Below, in pieces: positions 46,461 to 60,181 of a DNA stretch of 64,000 nt (the first letter of the stretch is position 1; each line of letters opens with the position of its first letter). The position numbers and the translations under genes are program-made. The DNA is taken from assembly GCA_964036045.1 (NCBI GenBank), contig OZ038378.1:161386001-161450000 (forward strand), read 5' to 3'. The notes below the pieces were generated by a model. That model was not told the origin of the DNA, did not search any database, and worked only from the letters and a program-made list of their open reading frames with translations. The DNA is from Eutreptiella sp. 'Long Island Sound 2002'. Taxonomy: Eukaryota; Protista; Euglenida.

Positions 46461-47823
46461 ATTGAGCTTAAATCCAAACCTAAACCAAACCCACAAAAAG
46501 ATGAGAGCATACACTAAATCCAAAGGTTAGTATCTCCTAAACCCAATTCCTTTCAAATATAAAGATACAACTGATTTGCACCACAATCAAAGCAGCTGTG
46601 CATCCATGCTTCAGTGCGGGAGCAGTGAAGGATCCCATGTTTCCCCTGGGTATGCATCTGGGGTCATTGGGGGGGGGGGTATGCCATAGAGGCTAAATAA
46701 GGATGTGTGTGTGGTGGTGGGGGCCGCATGATCATCATCCACGATGGCTTAGTATGGGGCAGGGGGGGGGGGGGTCAGTGTATAGGTGTAACCACACCCA
46801 TGGCACGGAGGAGAATCCAAAAATTCAGCAAAGCATCATATTCTCTCCAAAAAAGATTGTTTTAATACCGGTTGGACATCTGATATCACTACGGACATGC
46901 TAAATGAACAACCCCCAAAAGTGGGGAGGGGGGGGTTACATGGTGCTTGCATCCGGGCTTGAGCACACAACCTCTCTTTGGGTTCATTTGAGGCAGTTAT
47001 ACACAAGCAACCCCGGGAAGATCACTGCATGAGTTGCCACAGAACTAACTTGGCTTATAGTTGCGACGAATCACTGCAAACCTGTGTGAAAGCAACATAA
47101 AAATCACAACACCACTGTAAAGACTCCATCATGTTCAATTGAAAATCTGATCTATTCTGGTTCTGAACAATTCTAAATTCTGTTTGTCCATCTGCAACCT
47201 TTCCAATCTTTGTCTGGGACTCATCAACTCTGATTTCTGTGGATCCAAAGATTGCTATTTGTTGTTCACTGCCTTCACCCTGCTTTACATTTGGCTATCC
47301 TACACTACCTGTGGCAGCCATTTTGAGGCCGTTAAGAGGCAACAAACCACATTTTGTTTTCGGTGTGTACTGTTAAATTCGGAGAGGATGGGTTCTTCCT
47401 ACTGTCCTCATGATGATGCCTCAGCTCATTTGGCTACTCCAAACCCCCTGCATTGTAGGGCTTCATCTTACTCAGTCCACGTGCACGCAGCAACTCAAAT
47501 GCATACATACAAAAAATTTAGCCCACATTGTGTAGTACAAGAGACATCCACACTTACTGCTGCATGCATACACACACCCCAGCACTGACAAAAGTCAAGA
47601 AAAGCTTTTGACAGGTTTCGGCAGGTGTCATAAGGCTGCCTCCCACTTGGCCAGTGCAACATCCTTGTACCAGGGGCCGGAGGAGTGGGTTAGGGTGTGG
47701 GATCTAGGCAATGGACATGCACATAAGCCTGCTTGCTCAGCAACATCTGTGGACCATGTGTCCTTGCCCACAATCTCAAATAATTACGGGATTTCCTGCT
47801 TGCAACATCCTGACATGCTGAAC

Positions 47824-48201
47824 CAGGGCCGTCCTTACCGGGGGAAAAAAAAAGTGTTCCGGAACCAGTTTTCCCAAAAAAAGCCCGCGGGCACTCCATG
47901 TGCTCAACCATGGTTGGTGGCGGTTGGCGGTTGGCGGCTGGCAGTTGGCAACTGGTGGTTGGTGGCGGTTGGTGGTGGTTGGCGGCGGTTGGTGGTTGGT
48001 GATTGGTGGTTGGTGGCGGTTGGCAGTGGTTGGCAGTTGGCAGTGGTTGGCAGTTGGCGGTTGGCGGCGGTTGGTGGTTGGCGGCTGGTGGCGGTTGGCG
48101 GTTGATGGGAGTTGGCGGTTGGCGGTTGGTGGTCCCTTGGGGCGGTCCTTAAGGGCGGTCCTTAGCAAAAAAAAAAATCTGGTCCCTTAAGGACCGCCCT
48201 G
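47824..48201. mobile_element. hAT-type MITE with internal (GGCGGTT)n array, copy 2
   Basis: 14-bp TIR CAGGGC(C/G)GTCCTTA (1 mismatch); 8-bp TSD TGCTGAAC at 47816-47823 and 48202-48209. Confidence 0.9.
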
Positions 48202-48984
48202 TGCTGAACTCACTTGAAACCCTCTCCCTCATTCCCGTCTGTGGTCAAGACATTAAGCATCCATTCAGCATCAACCTTCGTTTGGCATATCAACCTCCCT
48301 GCCCACTGGTCTGGCACCTGCATTGCATGCACAGCCAGGGCCCTCGTTTAATATGTGTGAAACAGTATCCTCACCTCAGGAAGGCACCCAACTACAAAAC
48401 AAACTCATTTAGGGTCGGCGAGGTCCCTGAAGAGTTCTAAGACAACAAAGGTGTTTGTGCTTGTAACAAAATATCAGCTCCCTAAGACCCTAACCAGAAT
48501 AGCGGGTGCGGCGCACCGGATTGGCCTAGTTTGAGGGTTGGGTGGGGGTACCAGGCCGCGATGTACATTCACCTCGCCGCATATCAACCCAGAATGTACA
48601 GCATGTACTTATCAGTATATTGGTGTGGTGAAGCCGTAACCTAATGTGGGGTCCACCGGTATATTTAGCACAGGTTTCGACACCCAATCTCAGAACCCTT
48701 CACGCACACCCAAGACCCAAAAAATGCGCCACCCCCCCCCCCCTACCTGCCACTGCCCACACAATATTCCAATCAATATCCCTGCCTCCTTGTTCATGAC
48801 TTCCCACCCACTACTGTCCATGCACTTGAGGGAGCCCATTTTAAAACATGCTGCAGCCGACTCATGGCAGCAGTCAGAGAAATGGGTTAGCAGTTAATAT
48901 GGTGAGATAAAATATGCGATGTGTACACAGTGTACAAAATAATGGGGTGTACATATAGAGGCTGAATGAGTATGTGTGTGTGGG

Positions 48985-50940
48985 ACCCTTGCTGCACATT
49001 TGAACACATCTGCAATGGCGAGCCACCATGCTGTCACCATTTGCAACCCCTTCTGGCTCTTCACCTCCGCCACGCGGGGGCCTAGCCGAACATGACCAGG
49101 CCGCAGCGTGACCCCACGGTCTTGAACACTTGCCTCCTCCGGGGGGGTGTTTGAGGAGAGAAATCAATGCCCTCTCACAAGCCAGCAAAAAGCATTCCCC
49201 AGGGCCATCAAACAAAACAGTGGCACCTCAAATGTGCAGCAAGGTTAAAGTGTTACAGCGTCGAGTATGGGGGACCATATGGGGGTTCTTGTTCCGATGC
49301 AAGACCCTAACAGGGTCATGGTAGCCAACCATATGAAAAAATGGGGGGGGGGGCTCAGCTGACTAGAAGTGTGTTGGGGCCCAACTGGTCGGCATTATAC
49401 AGGCTGATAGCCCGTACAGCTGAGAGCCATTTCAGGTCACACTAAACCCTTGCTACCCCTGCATGCACGTGCAAGATGCAGGGGCCCTTGCTGCACATTT
49501 GAACACATCTGCAATGGCGAGCCACCATGCTGTCACCATTTGCAACCCCTTCTGGCTCTTCACCTCCGCCACGCGGGGGCCTAGCCGAACATGACCAGGC
49601 CGCAGCGTGACCCCACGGTCTTGAACACTTGCCTCCTCCGGGGGGGTGTTTGAGGAGAGAAATCAATGCCCTCTCACAAGCCAGCAAAAAGCATTCCCCA
49701 GGGCCACCAAAACAAAACAGTGGCACCTCAAATGTGCAGCAAGGTTAAAGTGTTACAGCGTCGAGTATGGGGGACCATAGGGGGGTTCTTGTTCCGATGC
49801 AAGACCCTGACAGGGTCATGGTAGCCAACCATATGGAAAAATGGGGGGGGGGGGGGGCTCAGCTGACTAGAAGTGTGTTGGGGCCCAACTGGTCGGCATT
49901 ATACAGGCTGATAGCCCGTACAGCTGAGAGCCATTTCAGGTCACACTAAACCCTTGCTACCCCTGCATGCACGTGCAAGATGCAGGGGCCCTTGCTGCAC
50001 ATTTGAACACATCTGCAATGGCGAGCCACCATGCTGTCACCATTTGCAACCCCTTCTGGCTCTTCACCTCCGCCACGCGGGGGCCTAGCCGAACATGACC
50101 AGGCCGCAGCGTGACCCCACGGTCTTGAACACTTGCCTCCTCCGGGGGGGTGTTTGAGGAGAGAAATCAATGCCCTCTCACAAGCCAGCAAAAAGCATTC
50201 CCCAGGGCCACCAAACAAAACAGTGGCACCTCAAATGTGCAGCAAGGTTAAAGTGTTACAGCGTCGAGTATGGGGGACCATAGGGGGGTTCTTGTTCCGA
50301 TGCAAGACCCTAACAGGGTCATGGTAGCCAACCATATGAAAAAATGGGGGGGGGGGGGCTCAGCTGACTAGAAGTGTGTTGGGGCCCAACTGGTCGGCAT
50401 TATACAGGCTGATAGCCCGTACAGCTGAGAGCCATTTCAGGTCACACTAAACCCTTGCTACCCCTGCATGCACGTGCAAGATGCAGGGGCCCTTGCTGCA
50501 CATTTGAACACATCTGCAATGGCGAGCCACCATGCTGTCACCATTTGCAACCCCTTCTGGCTCTTCACCTCCGCCACGCGGGGGCCTAGCCGAACATGAC
50601 CAGGCCGCAGCGTGACCCCACGGTCTTGAACACTTGCCTCCTCCGGGGGGGTGTTTGAGGAGAGAAATCAATGCCCTCTCACAAGCCAGCAAAAAGCATT
50701 CCCCAGGGCCACCAAACAAAACAGTGGCACCTCAAATGTGCAGCAAGGTTAAAGTGTTACAGCGTCGAGTATGGGGGACCATAGGGGGGTTCTTGTTCCG
50801 ATGCTAGACCCTAACAGGGTCGTGGTAGCCGACAATATAAAAAAATGAGGACTGGGGGGGGGGGGCTCAGCTGACTAGAAGTGTGTTGGGGCCCAACTGG
50901 TCGGCATCATACAGGCTGATAGCCCGTACAGCTGAGAGCC
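48985..50940. repeat. ~500-bp tandem repeat, about 4 copies
   Basis: Offsets of 504 and 501 bp between near-identical minus-strand ORFs; copies differ mostly in G-run length. Confidence 0.95.
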
Positions 50941-51272
50941 TGTCACCAGCTCGGTCCTAGTCCTAGCGCAACCACAGCCTTTGCAAAGCAGAGCGGCCAG
51001 ACCGCCCCTCAGCACATGAAGAATGCAATAATGGGGTCTACTACACATGCAGTCAGCACCCCAGATAGCCCTGGCCCGATAGCAGGGGCCATGGATGTAC
51101 ACGGTGATGGTGCAGCAGCAGTGTAATGTGAACCGTAATGCAAACACATGCCTGCTGGCACATGGCACATACAGTGATGTTGCAGCAGCAGCGTGTGTGG
51201 CACATGCCTAAAAAACAAATGCAAACCCCAGAGATAATGCACTCCACAGTCATCTTTATTCTCTATGGGATG

Positions 51273-54200
51273 CTAGACGATGATCTGGTTCACTGCTTGC
51301 GATATCGTCAGGACCCGCTGCATGATGGCCTCCCGGTCAGCCTCCCGGAACCGGTGTTTCCAGTTGCGATCAAAGGTGTCCGGGTGCCACCGGAATCGCA
51401 GCTGGCGCAGAAGGGACCTGTCAACACAAGCAAGGCAGAGCTGGGGTATGGCCAAGGGATAATCAAAACCAGCCATTTGCTTAACAACGGGGGGTAAATG
51501 GGTAAATTTCTTAGGACCCACCCACCCTGGAACCCCAAAAAACACTTTCCTCTCGGGAAAAATCTTGAATCGAGATCCAAAAAGTGAGAGGCCCATTGTA
51601 GGTACACAAACTCTTTCTTGCCCTCATATCCCCCCGACAGGGCTGCTTTAGAAGAGAGGAGGGAGGGGGGGGGTTTGAGACCCAAGGGTTTGTGTACCAA
51701 AATGGCCCCAACATGGCCTTCCTATTACAAAATTTCATTTTTCCCTAGAGGAATTTTTTGGCTCGAGGGGGGGGGGGTTTGGGACCCGGGGGGGGGGGGG
51801 GGCCTCCTTCCAGATTCTAAAGCAGCCATACCCCCCAACCCCCCACCCCCGTGGGGTAGGACCCACCATCAGCAAAGGTCCGATCACATCACAGCAAACA
51901 CAGGAGCAAAATACATGTAAAATGCAGGCAAGGCATAGGACCTGCACACCAAAACTTAGGACCCCAATGTTTGGGATCAACCCACACCTGCTGTCGGTGG
52001 CTCACCAACCGCCATCATTCAAGTAGTAGCACTCAGTCAAGGCGGGAAGAAAATTGTTTGGGGGGGGGGGGGGGTTGGCACGAAGCCGTTGGGGGTGGGG
52101 TGGGGTGGAGGATGGCACGAAAGCACGCCCCCCCCCCTGCCCCTCCTTGGTCGCCGTGCCGGGCCAACTTCTGGGGGGATGGGTGGCTCGGCTGGTTACC
52201 AGTAGCTGCCGGGGTCCTTGGGGGGGGGGGGGGGTACCCCAACATAAGTGGAATCCTTGCACTGCGCGCTATTGTTAGACTATGTTCCCCCCTAAGAGCC
52301 CCTAGGCACTCCCCTTGGAAACGCCCGTAGAATTAGGCAAAGCAAAGTGTATCACCATATACCAAGCTACGGAGAATTCAACCTAGAAAAAGAGTGGATG
52401 TGGTGGAAATGAGCAAAAAAAGTGTGCAAAAAGGTAGAAATGCGTGAAACAGAGTGAAAACCCAAAAATGCCATATCCCCATTGCATCAAAACCTACGAC
52501 CAAACAACAATAATGCACAAAGTACCACAAAGTATGGATTTCTACTGCGGCCAGGCGCCCAAATAGTTGCACTGTGCACGCTGCGCTCATACAGGGGGGG
52601 GGGGGGGGTACCCCAACATACACACCTCAGACCGATCCCCATGACACGCTGATCATTTGGAACATACACAAGTGGGGTAAAAAAAATTCTATTGCCTTCA
52701 GCAAGGCACCTCGAAGAGGGGACCAACCTCGTCCCACACACAATCCCCAATTACAGTGAAAAACATGTACAACGGGCTTCACATAGCATGTATGATCATT
52801 TTGAGTGGTCACAATATCAAAAAAAAAACTCTTGAAAATTTTGGTTTTTGAGCTCCATAGGCCTTAAAATTGCATTAGCAGGTTGTGTGTACTAGTCTCT
52901 TGGGAGACCCCCTCCGGAGCCTAGTACCGAAATGGGGTGAAAAACACGTAAAACGGGCACTCTACTTTTTGCTTAGGGGGAGCTCGGTTGTGCCTTGTGG
53001 GCCCCAGGTGCCCTGGCGGATCCCCTCCTCCGGGGAGGATGTATTCAGGGATCCTTAGGTGGGAACCTGTGATGTAACCGGCGGACAGGACCCCCACTGC
53101 AACCGCCAGCCTCTGGTGCTAGCCAGGTTCAAACCCCTAACCGTGCAGCCCTTGAGGCTCCGATGTTACCGCCGAGCCGGCTCGTCAGGAGACGTTAGCT
53201 ACAGTTCGAATGTACCCCTCTGCGCAGGTACGAGCCATGGCTGCAGGCACCGACGGTTTTTGTTCGAATCCCAGTCGCCCAGGAGATTGCCATACTAGTC
53301 GGCCGGCCCAACGCCGTACACTTTCCCCCACATTCACCTGGCTCAACCTCGAATTCGACCCTAATCAAGACAGAATATTGGGACCGAGCTGGTGGGGGAG
53401 GGAACATCAGCTATGACTGACTGGTGAGGGACATCAAGAATGCTTCACACATTGATGGCTCTTGACAAAGTGAAATCAGCTTGCAAGTGAACCCCATCAC
53501 CACAAGGCCCACTTTCAAGGCTTTTTGGACTTCTGAGGGGCCAAAATGCACCAAAATGGGCTCAAAATGGGCTCATTTCACCCGTTTGTGCACCCTAAAT
53601 GGTCTAGGATGAGGTTTGGAAGAATGCGTTTTTGACCCAGTTTTGACCCATTTTTGGTCCCAAAACAGCCCATTTTCAAGGCATTTTGGGATATTCGGAG
53701 GACCAAAATGGGCCACCACAAGCTCAAAACGGTCCAAAAACACTTGTTTTAGCGTCACACATGGTCTACGATCATTTTTGAGAAAAGTCATCTTTTTGCC
53801 CCTACTGGACCCTGTTGACCCATTTGGGCACCCACTTGTTTGGGCTTGAGCTTGCAGCTTGCCGCAGCCTAGTGGGCCTAGGTATTGGGGTCTAGGCGTC
53901 CGTTTGGGCAATTCTGAGGGGTGGAAACCACAAAAAGTGGGGGTTGCGGGTGGAGTAGGTGCCCTCGGAATCGCATTTTGAGCCATGTAGCCAAAGATAT
54001 GGCCTATTCTTGGTTTGTGGCTGTTGGCATTTGGAGCTTCTAGGGGCCTTTTTGGGCCGTTTCCGGGACATATCATGGAGTTAGAGGGCCGCAAAGAGCT
54101 CGTTGACACGGGGAAGTCAAGCGGCACGTGTACCCACCGTTTCCCTTCGTTTGGCCGTTTTGAATGTGTTCCAGGGCTTTTTTGGCCCAAAAATGGCTGT

Positions 54201-57200
54201 TTTTGGCCCTAAACTGCACTTTTTGAAATTGAGGTCCGCCACTTGCGAATCCCATTCCCGGCCGCCACCGTTGAGTTTCTCGCTCAAACTTTGTGTGATT
54301 GTACTTCACACCCATAGGTATCATGCACCAAAATTTCAACCAAATCTGAAGCACCACCCATTTCGCGCGTGCACTAAATGCGCCACCCATGGGCAGTGCA
54401 TGTTCACGGGACCACCATTGTCCTATTGCGGTGAAATCAGGCCTAGGCTTAACCACACCCACCCAGAAATGGCCTACCCCCACAAAGGGGGGGGGGGGGG
54501 GTGGCTCCACCCTGCCGACCCACCCACCCAGGCTAAAAACCTTGACCACCACTCTATAGGCAAAAGCAAAAAAAAAAAATTCGGCGCCTTTGGCGCCATG
54601 TCCCAAGACCCACCCACCCAGAAATGGCCTTCTTGGGGCCCCTCCAACCACCTTGCTCAAACACCGTGGGCGGTTGGTCCAGCCAAATGGTGTCACCACT
54701 TGTGCCTCGTGCAGCAAAGGAGTGCACACCATCCCCAATCGTGTGTAGTACGAGGCGGCTCCCATACTAGTTGTGGGGCGGGCGGTGGCATATCACTGTA
54801 TCAGTTGACCTGGAGGCAGCGTGTCCAGACCGACATCTTCCCCAGCGGGCTCAGCGTCAGGCTCCCACGGCCTCCCTGCCGGGCCCTGGAGCACCAGGAG
54901 ACACACGATACACATAAGCACGGCGGCATCTCCCTCCTGCATGTGCCACCGCACGGTACGGGGGCTGTCAACAGTCCCGGGGGCCTTACGACGGGACAAC
55001 CAAGAGCCAACTGACCCAGTTGTATCTGCACAGGTACGGGCGCACACCATGGGCCGGGCGTCCGGAAGAGGCCTTGAGCCAAGCCCCCCCCCCCCCAACC
55101 CCCAACCCCACCCCCACCTCCCCCCCAAAAGAGGTACCTGCGTACAGGGGGGTAGGGGGGTCGAAATCGAAAAATTCATTGCGTGACCATTTTGTCGCCA
55201 AAAATGATGATTTTACAAGGGGTTAAACATCCGAAATTGTAACTTGGAGTATGCTGCGTGAATGACCTCAAAAAGGGGGGGTATATGCACCCACGCCCAT
55301 GCTTGATCTAAGAACCTCTCTTCCAGGTGATTTTCAGAAAAAATTGCCCATCAGCTCAGGCTCCCATAAGTCAAGGTTTGACAGGGAGGTCGGGTCGAGG
55401 TCAAAATGGTTTATGGTTTTTTCCACGCATTTCCACAAAATTCTGAGGATCTTGAGTATAGGCACGCAGGGTAAAGCAAAAAGATTTCCGCCTCAGGACG
55501 CATAAAAACATTTTCAGCGCCTTCAATGCCAACAGTTTTCCCCGAAATAAATATAGAACAAGGGGTCGGCACAGAAGTGCATTTTCCCAATCATCCCCCC
55601 CTCCTTCGGCGGGCATCTGTGCCACCCCACCCCGCACCCCCTTCCACAACTCCTGCACTCAGCCACGCAACAAAACACACAGGCATGCACATACGTTTGG
55701 GCCTCTTTGTTGCCCTCGGACCGCACCCGGATCGCAATTGTTTTCTGCAATGTGAAGCCCTTTATGGGCTTGAGCCACGGGATGGCAGCCGCGTCGAGGT
55801 TGCCGGTGGTGGTGTTGGCCTGTGAAGAGACATGGTGTGTTGTTTGGGAGGGTTGGTGTGCCATTCCTGCCCGTTTCTCTCACAAATATAATGTCTCAGC
55901 GCTTGTTGAGTGCATTCTTCGGCTGCCCAGTCCAACCGCCACCCGTGCACGTAAAACCGGCGGCGCTCAGTCATGCCCTGTTGTTTTTCCGATTTCAAGA
56001 TAGACTCTCACATGTAAAGCGGCAATAGGCGTACAATGTTGCTCAAAAAGCAACTTTAGCCTTGTTTCTTGGTGTGCCCATGGCCACTTTGCATAGGTTT
56101 GTGACTGTAGCAAGTGAAATGGCGAAAAGGGGGTGTCTAACTCTAAGTAATTTTTGGAAAGACAAAAACAGTGTGTGATCAGCAATCTACATGGAGTTCT
56201 TCTTTGCTTTAGGCATTGCAAAAGGAAAGGGGCTTTGGATTTGTATGCAAATTTGATTGCCCCATGATGTTTTGGTTTCATTATGATCAAACTACATGAC
56301 ATTTCCAGGCTTGATGGGATCATCATACAACATTTTTGCTGAAGTTTGTTCACAAGGTACAATCTGGCAGGGGAGGGGGGGGGTGCTCTCCCCTAAAACC
56401 CCTCACCCCCCTCCCTCCTTTGCTCAGGCAAAAGCCTGAACCCCCCCAAAAAAATGGGAGGGGTCCCTGCCCCCCCCCCCCAAATGTTTTCCACCATCCC
56501 TGTGGAGTTGCTTACCCTCCACGCAAGAGTGTCCCCACTACATATGATCCATTACACATATCGCATCCCTGGGATGCTGCATGGAACATGGAAAAAACAG
56601 GGCAAAGGAGTGGACCTTGTCTTCGAATTCTCTCCACAGCTGGAGATGCTTGCATGAGGCTGGTGGCTGTGGCGGTGGCTGTGAATGCGACTGCGACTGC
56701 GGCTGCGGCCGTTTCTGTGGTTGAAATAAGAATATCAAATGCAGTGCGCGAAACACGCATGCATGCAACTTGGGGTTCAAGTGGGCGAGGTTGAGCCTAT
56801 CTAGAAACACAAGGAACTGCTGGGGTGGGGGGTTGCATCAGTGGCTGGGCGTTGAGATGGTGCTGAGAAGCAGCAGTGCACTGATATCCCTATACCAACC
56901 AGCACAGCCTACCCATCATAATGGGTGCCAAGATGCCATACCCCAGCCCTTCGGGACCACACCTACATGACCCTACGCCACGGGGGTGGCATGGCGCCAC
57001 GGGGGACCCTACGGGGAGTGGCATGAAGCATGTGTGCGAAACAAATTGCCCATGGCGGTCCGTTACACATAACCACTTCGACACGTGGCTTCGCATGCCA
57101 CGACTGTTTCCTATACTGCAGCAAAATGGGACGTGAAAAGGCTCCCATAAGTAAATAGTGTGCAAAATATCCACGCCGCCAATCACATATCCCAGTGCGG

Positions 57201-58212
57201 ATTAGGTCATGGAGACCCACTGCATGCGGGCAGTATAACTGCGCATGACAAACCCGAGGGTCGGCGCAGCGCGCAGGAGGGGAGGGTGGAGGGGGGCTGA
57301 AACGAGGTTTCCTAGGGCTGAGCCCGTGAACAGTTATTGAAAAATGCGGCCCTGAATGGCCAAAATCTCAACCAAAAATGATTGCAGACAAAAATGTCGT
57401 GTGCCCGATAGAATGAGTCACTGGAAGCGCTGAATTAGACAAAAGGTGAGACTTGCATTGAGAAGGTTTTCAGGTTGGGGTGGAAACCGGGTTTTTGGAC
57501 TGGCCGGGGCCCGCAGAGCCGCTGTTGGGGGGGGGGGGTTCCAAACCAGGCTTTGAGCCCCCCCACGACCCCCTCCCCCCTGCGCCCCCGCGGATTTGTG
57601 GATGTCCAGTGGAAGGCGTGGAATACACATATGATTAGGCCAAATAGTGCAAGCCATTGGGCCATGCAAAACATGTAGTGCCCAACGATGCAATAGCATG
57701 CATCGGGGATGGATATAGGAGCCCCCCCCCCCCCCCGATTACAACATGACGATCACAAACATCAGCTGACCAATTTCGGCCAATTTTACCCCATTTTTTC
57801 ATTTTTGTCATTTTTGACCCGAACCACATACATCTTCGTGTTCAGTGCATTCCGCTGATCCATTTGATACGTCTCATGATTTTTTTCAAAAAGAAATTGT
57901 CACTTGGAACCAATTTTGGCCCCTGCTAGCCCCTTTATCTGCTTTGAGTCATAGCCCCTTTGTCTGCTTTGGGGCAGAGATTGACTGAATGGCACACAGG
58001 CCCATGCAGGGAGTGCAGATGCTTGCCCAGGGGACAGCCCTGCCATGGCCTGAACGTCACACAAAGGCACACCTGCTTGAGCCGACCAGTCTCCAACGCA
58101 TCTTCACGTGCCTTCGCAGACACCTCCTTGATCTTGGCCTTGCTCTCCGCAGCATTCCCCTCCAGTTTGGCCGACAGACTCGGCTGCAGGGCACCGTATT
58201 TCGCGGAACGCT
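51273..58212 (-). CDS. Partial multi-exon gene encoding an NFKBIL1-like C-terminal (J-like WHPD) domain protein
   Basis: Exons 58073-58212, 56616-56714, 55695-55819 and 51273-51417, all GT-AG and phase-matched. Spliced product: ...REDALETGRLKQ|KRPQPQ...KHLQLWREFEDK|ANTTTGNLDAAAIPWLKP...EAQT|SLLRQLRFRWHPDTFDRNWKHRFREADREAIMQRVLTISQAVNQIIV*. Confidence 0.8.
51478..51800. mobile_element. Foldback MITE-like element
   Basis: Nested inverted pairs TTCCTCTCGGGAAAAAT / ATTTTTCCCTAGAGGAA and GGTACACAAAC / GTTTGTGTACC; second partial copy at 27108. Confidence 0.65.
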
Positions 58213-58382
58213 CTGCAACACAAACAAAAGTGGGAGACTCAATTTGTTGACTCGCCACAAAACGTTCCACCCGCACCAAACCACTGTAACTGCCTCTGCA
58301 CCTGCAAACAATACTGGCCCTTGTCCGCCAAGGGGTCAGACACATGGGGCAGGTGGATGGGATAGGGATTCCGGCAGCGTTG

Positions 58383-58780
58383 GTCAGGCTTTCAACTCCA
58401 AGGGGGGGGGTCGATACAGCCCCCCTGACCAGACAACTCCCAAAAGGGGCTTAATTGACAGGGCCCCCAACATCCTATTGAGACTGACCCCTGGGCGCCG
58501 GAGGTGAGCCAGACCCAAAAATCGGCAAAAAATGAAAATGGGGTTTTTGGAATCAGCGGGTCGAGGGGGATTCAAAAAAGTCATCATTTGCTATGGATTC
58601 GGTGAAAAAAAGAATTGACCACTTTCATAGCCCAAAAAGAAGTTTGCAGCACCCACAGCCCCAAAGTTCTTACTGGGTGATCAATGGTCCTGTCAATTGA
58701 GCCTGTTTCCCGAACGCCGCTCCCCAGGTGTTAGGGGCTCTGTTGACCCCCCCCCCCCCCCCAAGAGTTGAAACCCCGAC
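58383..58780. mobile_element. MITE-like element with ~90-bp imperfect terminal inverted repeats
   Basis: GTCAGGCTTTCAACTC..G-run..GTC...GGCTTAATTGACAGG on the left mirrors CCTGTCAATTGAGCC...GAC..C-run..GAGTTGAAACCCCGAC on the right; no clear TSD. Confidence 0.65.
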
Positions 58781-60181
58781 AGTCCCAGGCATTCAGCTTT
58801 TGTTTGCCTGTACCTTGGGGGGGGGGGGGGTGCCCAGCTGCAGCTCTTGACGTCGACACCCCATAAACAGTTTGGCCCCCTGAAACAGGGGGGGCCAGCT
58901 TTACCTCCACACCGGGGGTATGCGGTTGGTTTGCTTGCACTACATAATCATTCAGTGGCCCACAATGAAGGGGGACCCAAATTCCATGACAAAACCCTCA
59001 CTGAGATGTTTGTTGTCACAAAATTGTCACAAAAAAATGTCACTGCCGTGACATGTGTCACACATATTGGGGTACGGGGATGACATGTGTCACACATATC
59101 CGGGTATGGGTGTGACATGTGTCACACATATCCGGGTATGGGTGCGACATGTGTCACACATATTGTGGTATGGGGATGACATGTGTCAGGCATATTGTGG
59201 TATGGGTGCGACATGTGTCACACATATTGGGGTATGCGTGTGACATGTGTCGCACATATTGGGGTATGAATATGACACGTGTCACACATATTGGGGCAAG
59301 GGTGTGACATTAGTCACACATATTGGGGTATGGTTATGACATGTGTCACACATTGTGGGGTGCAGGGATGACATGTGTCACACTTATCCGAACATGGATG
59401 TGACATGTGTCACACGTATTGTGGTATGGGGATGCCATGTGTCACACATATTGGGGTATGGCTGTGACATGTGTGACACCTTATGGCGTATGGGTATGAT
59501 ATGTGTCACATGTATTGGGGTATGGGTGTGACATGCGTCACACATGTTGCGGTATGGGTATGACATGAGGTACACATATTCGAGTGTGTGCTACATGTGT
59601 TACACATGTTGGGGTATGGGTGTGACATGTGTCACACATATTGGGGTATGGGGATGACATGTGTCACACATATTGGGGTATGGGTGCGACATGTGTCGCA
59701 CATATCTCTCTGGGACATCCATGTGTCGCACATATTGGGGTATGAATATGACACGTGTCACACATATTGGGGCAAGGGTGTGACATTAGTCACACATATT
59801 GGGGTATGGTTATGACATGTGTCACACATTGTGGGGTGCAGGGATGACATGTGTCACACTTATCCGAACATGGATGTGACATGTGTCACACGTATTGTGG
59901 TATGGGGATGCCATGTGTCACACATATTGGGGTATGGCTGTGACATGTGTGACACCTTATGGCGTATGGGTATGATATGTGTCACATGTATTGGGGTATG
60001 GGTGTGACATGCGTCACACATGTTGCGGTATGGGTATGACATGAGGTACACATATTCGAGTGTGTGCTACATGTGTTACACATGTTGGGGTATGGGTGTG
60101 ACATGTGTCACACATATCGGGGTATGGGGATGACATGTGTCACACATATTGGGGTATGGGTGCGACATGTGTCGCACATAT

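Noticed and set aside
53500-55300. Additional interspersed repeat families (T/A-tract and G-run rich)
   Set aside because: They look like dispersed repeats, but no second copy, TIR pair or TSD could be verified inside this window.
59041-59045. CACTG terminus of a CACTA/EnSpm element
   Set aside because: It is part of a local TGTCAC..GTGACA dyad, and no matching right terminus or 3-bp TSD was found.
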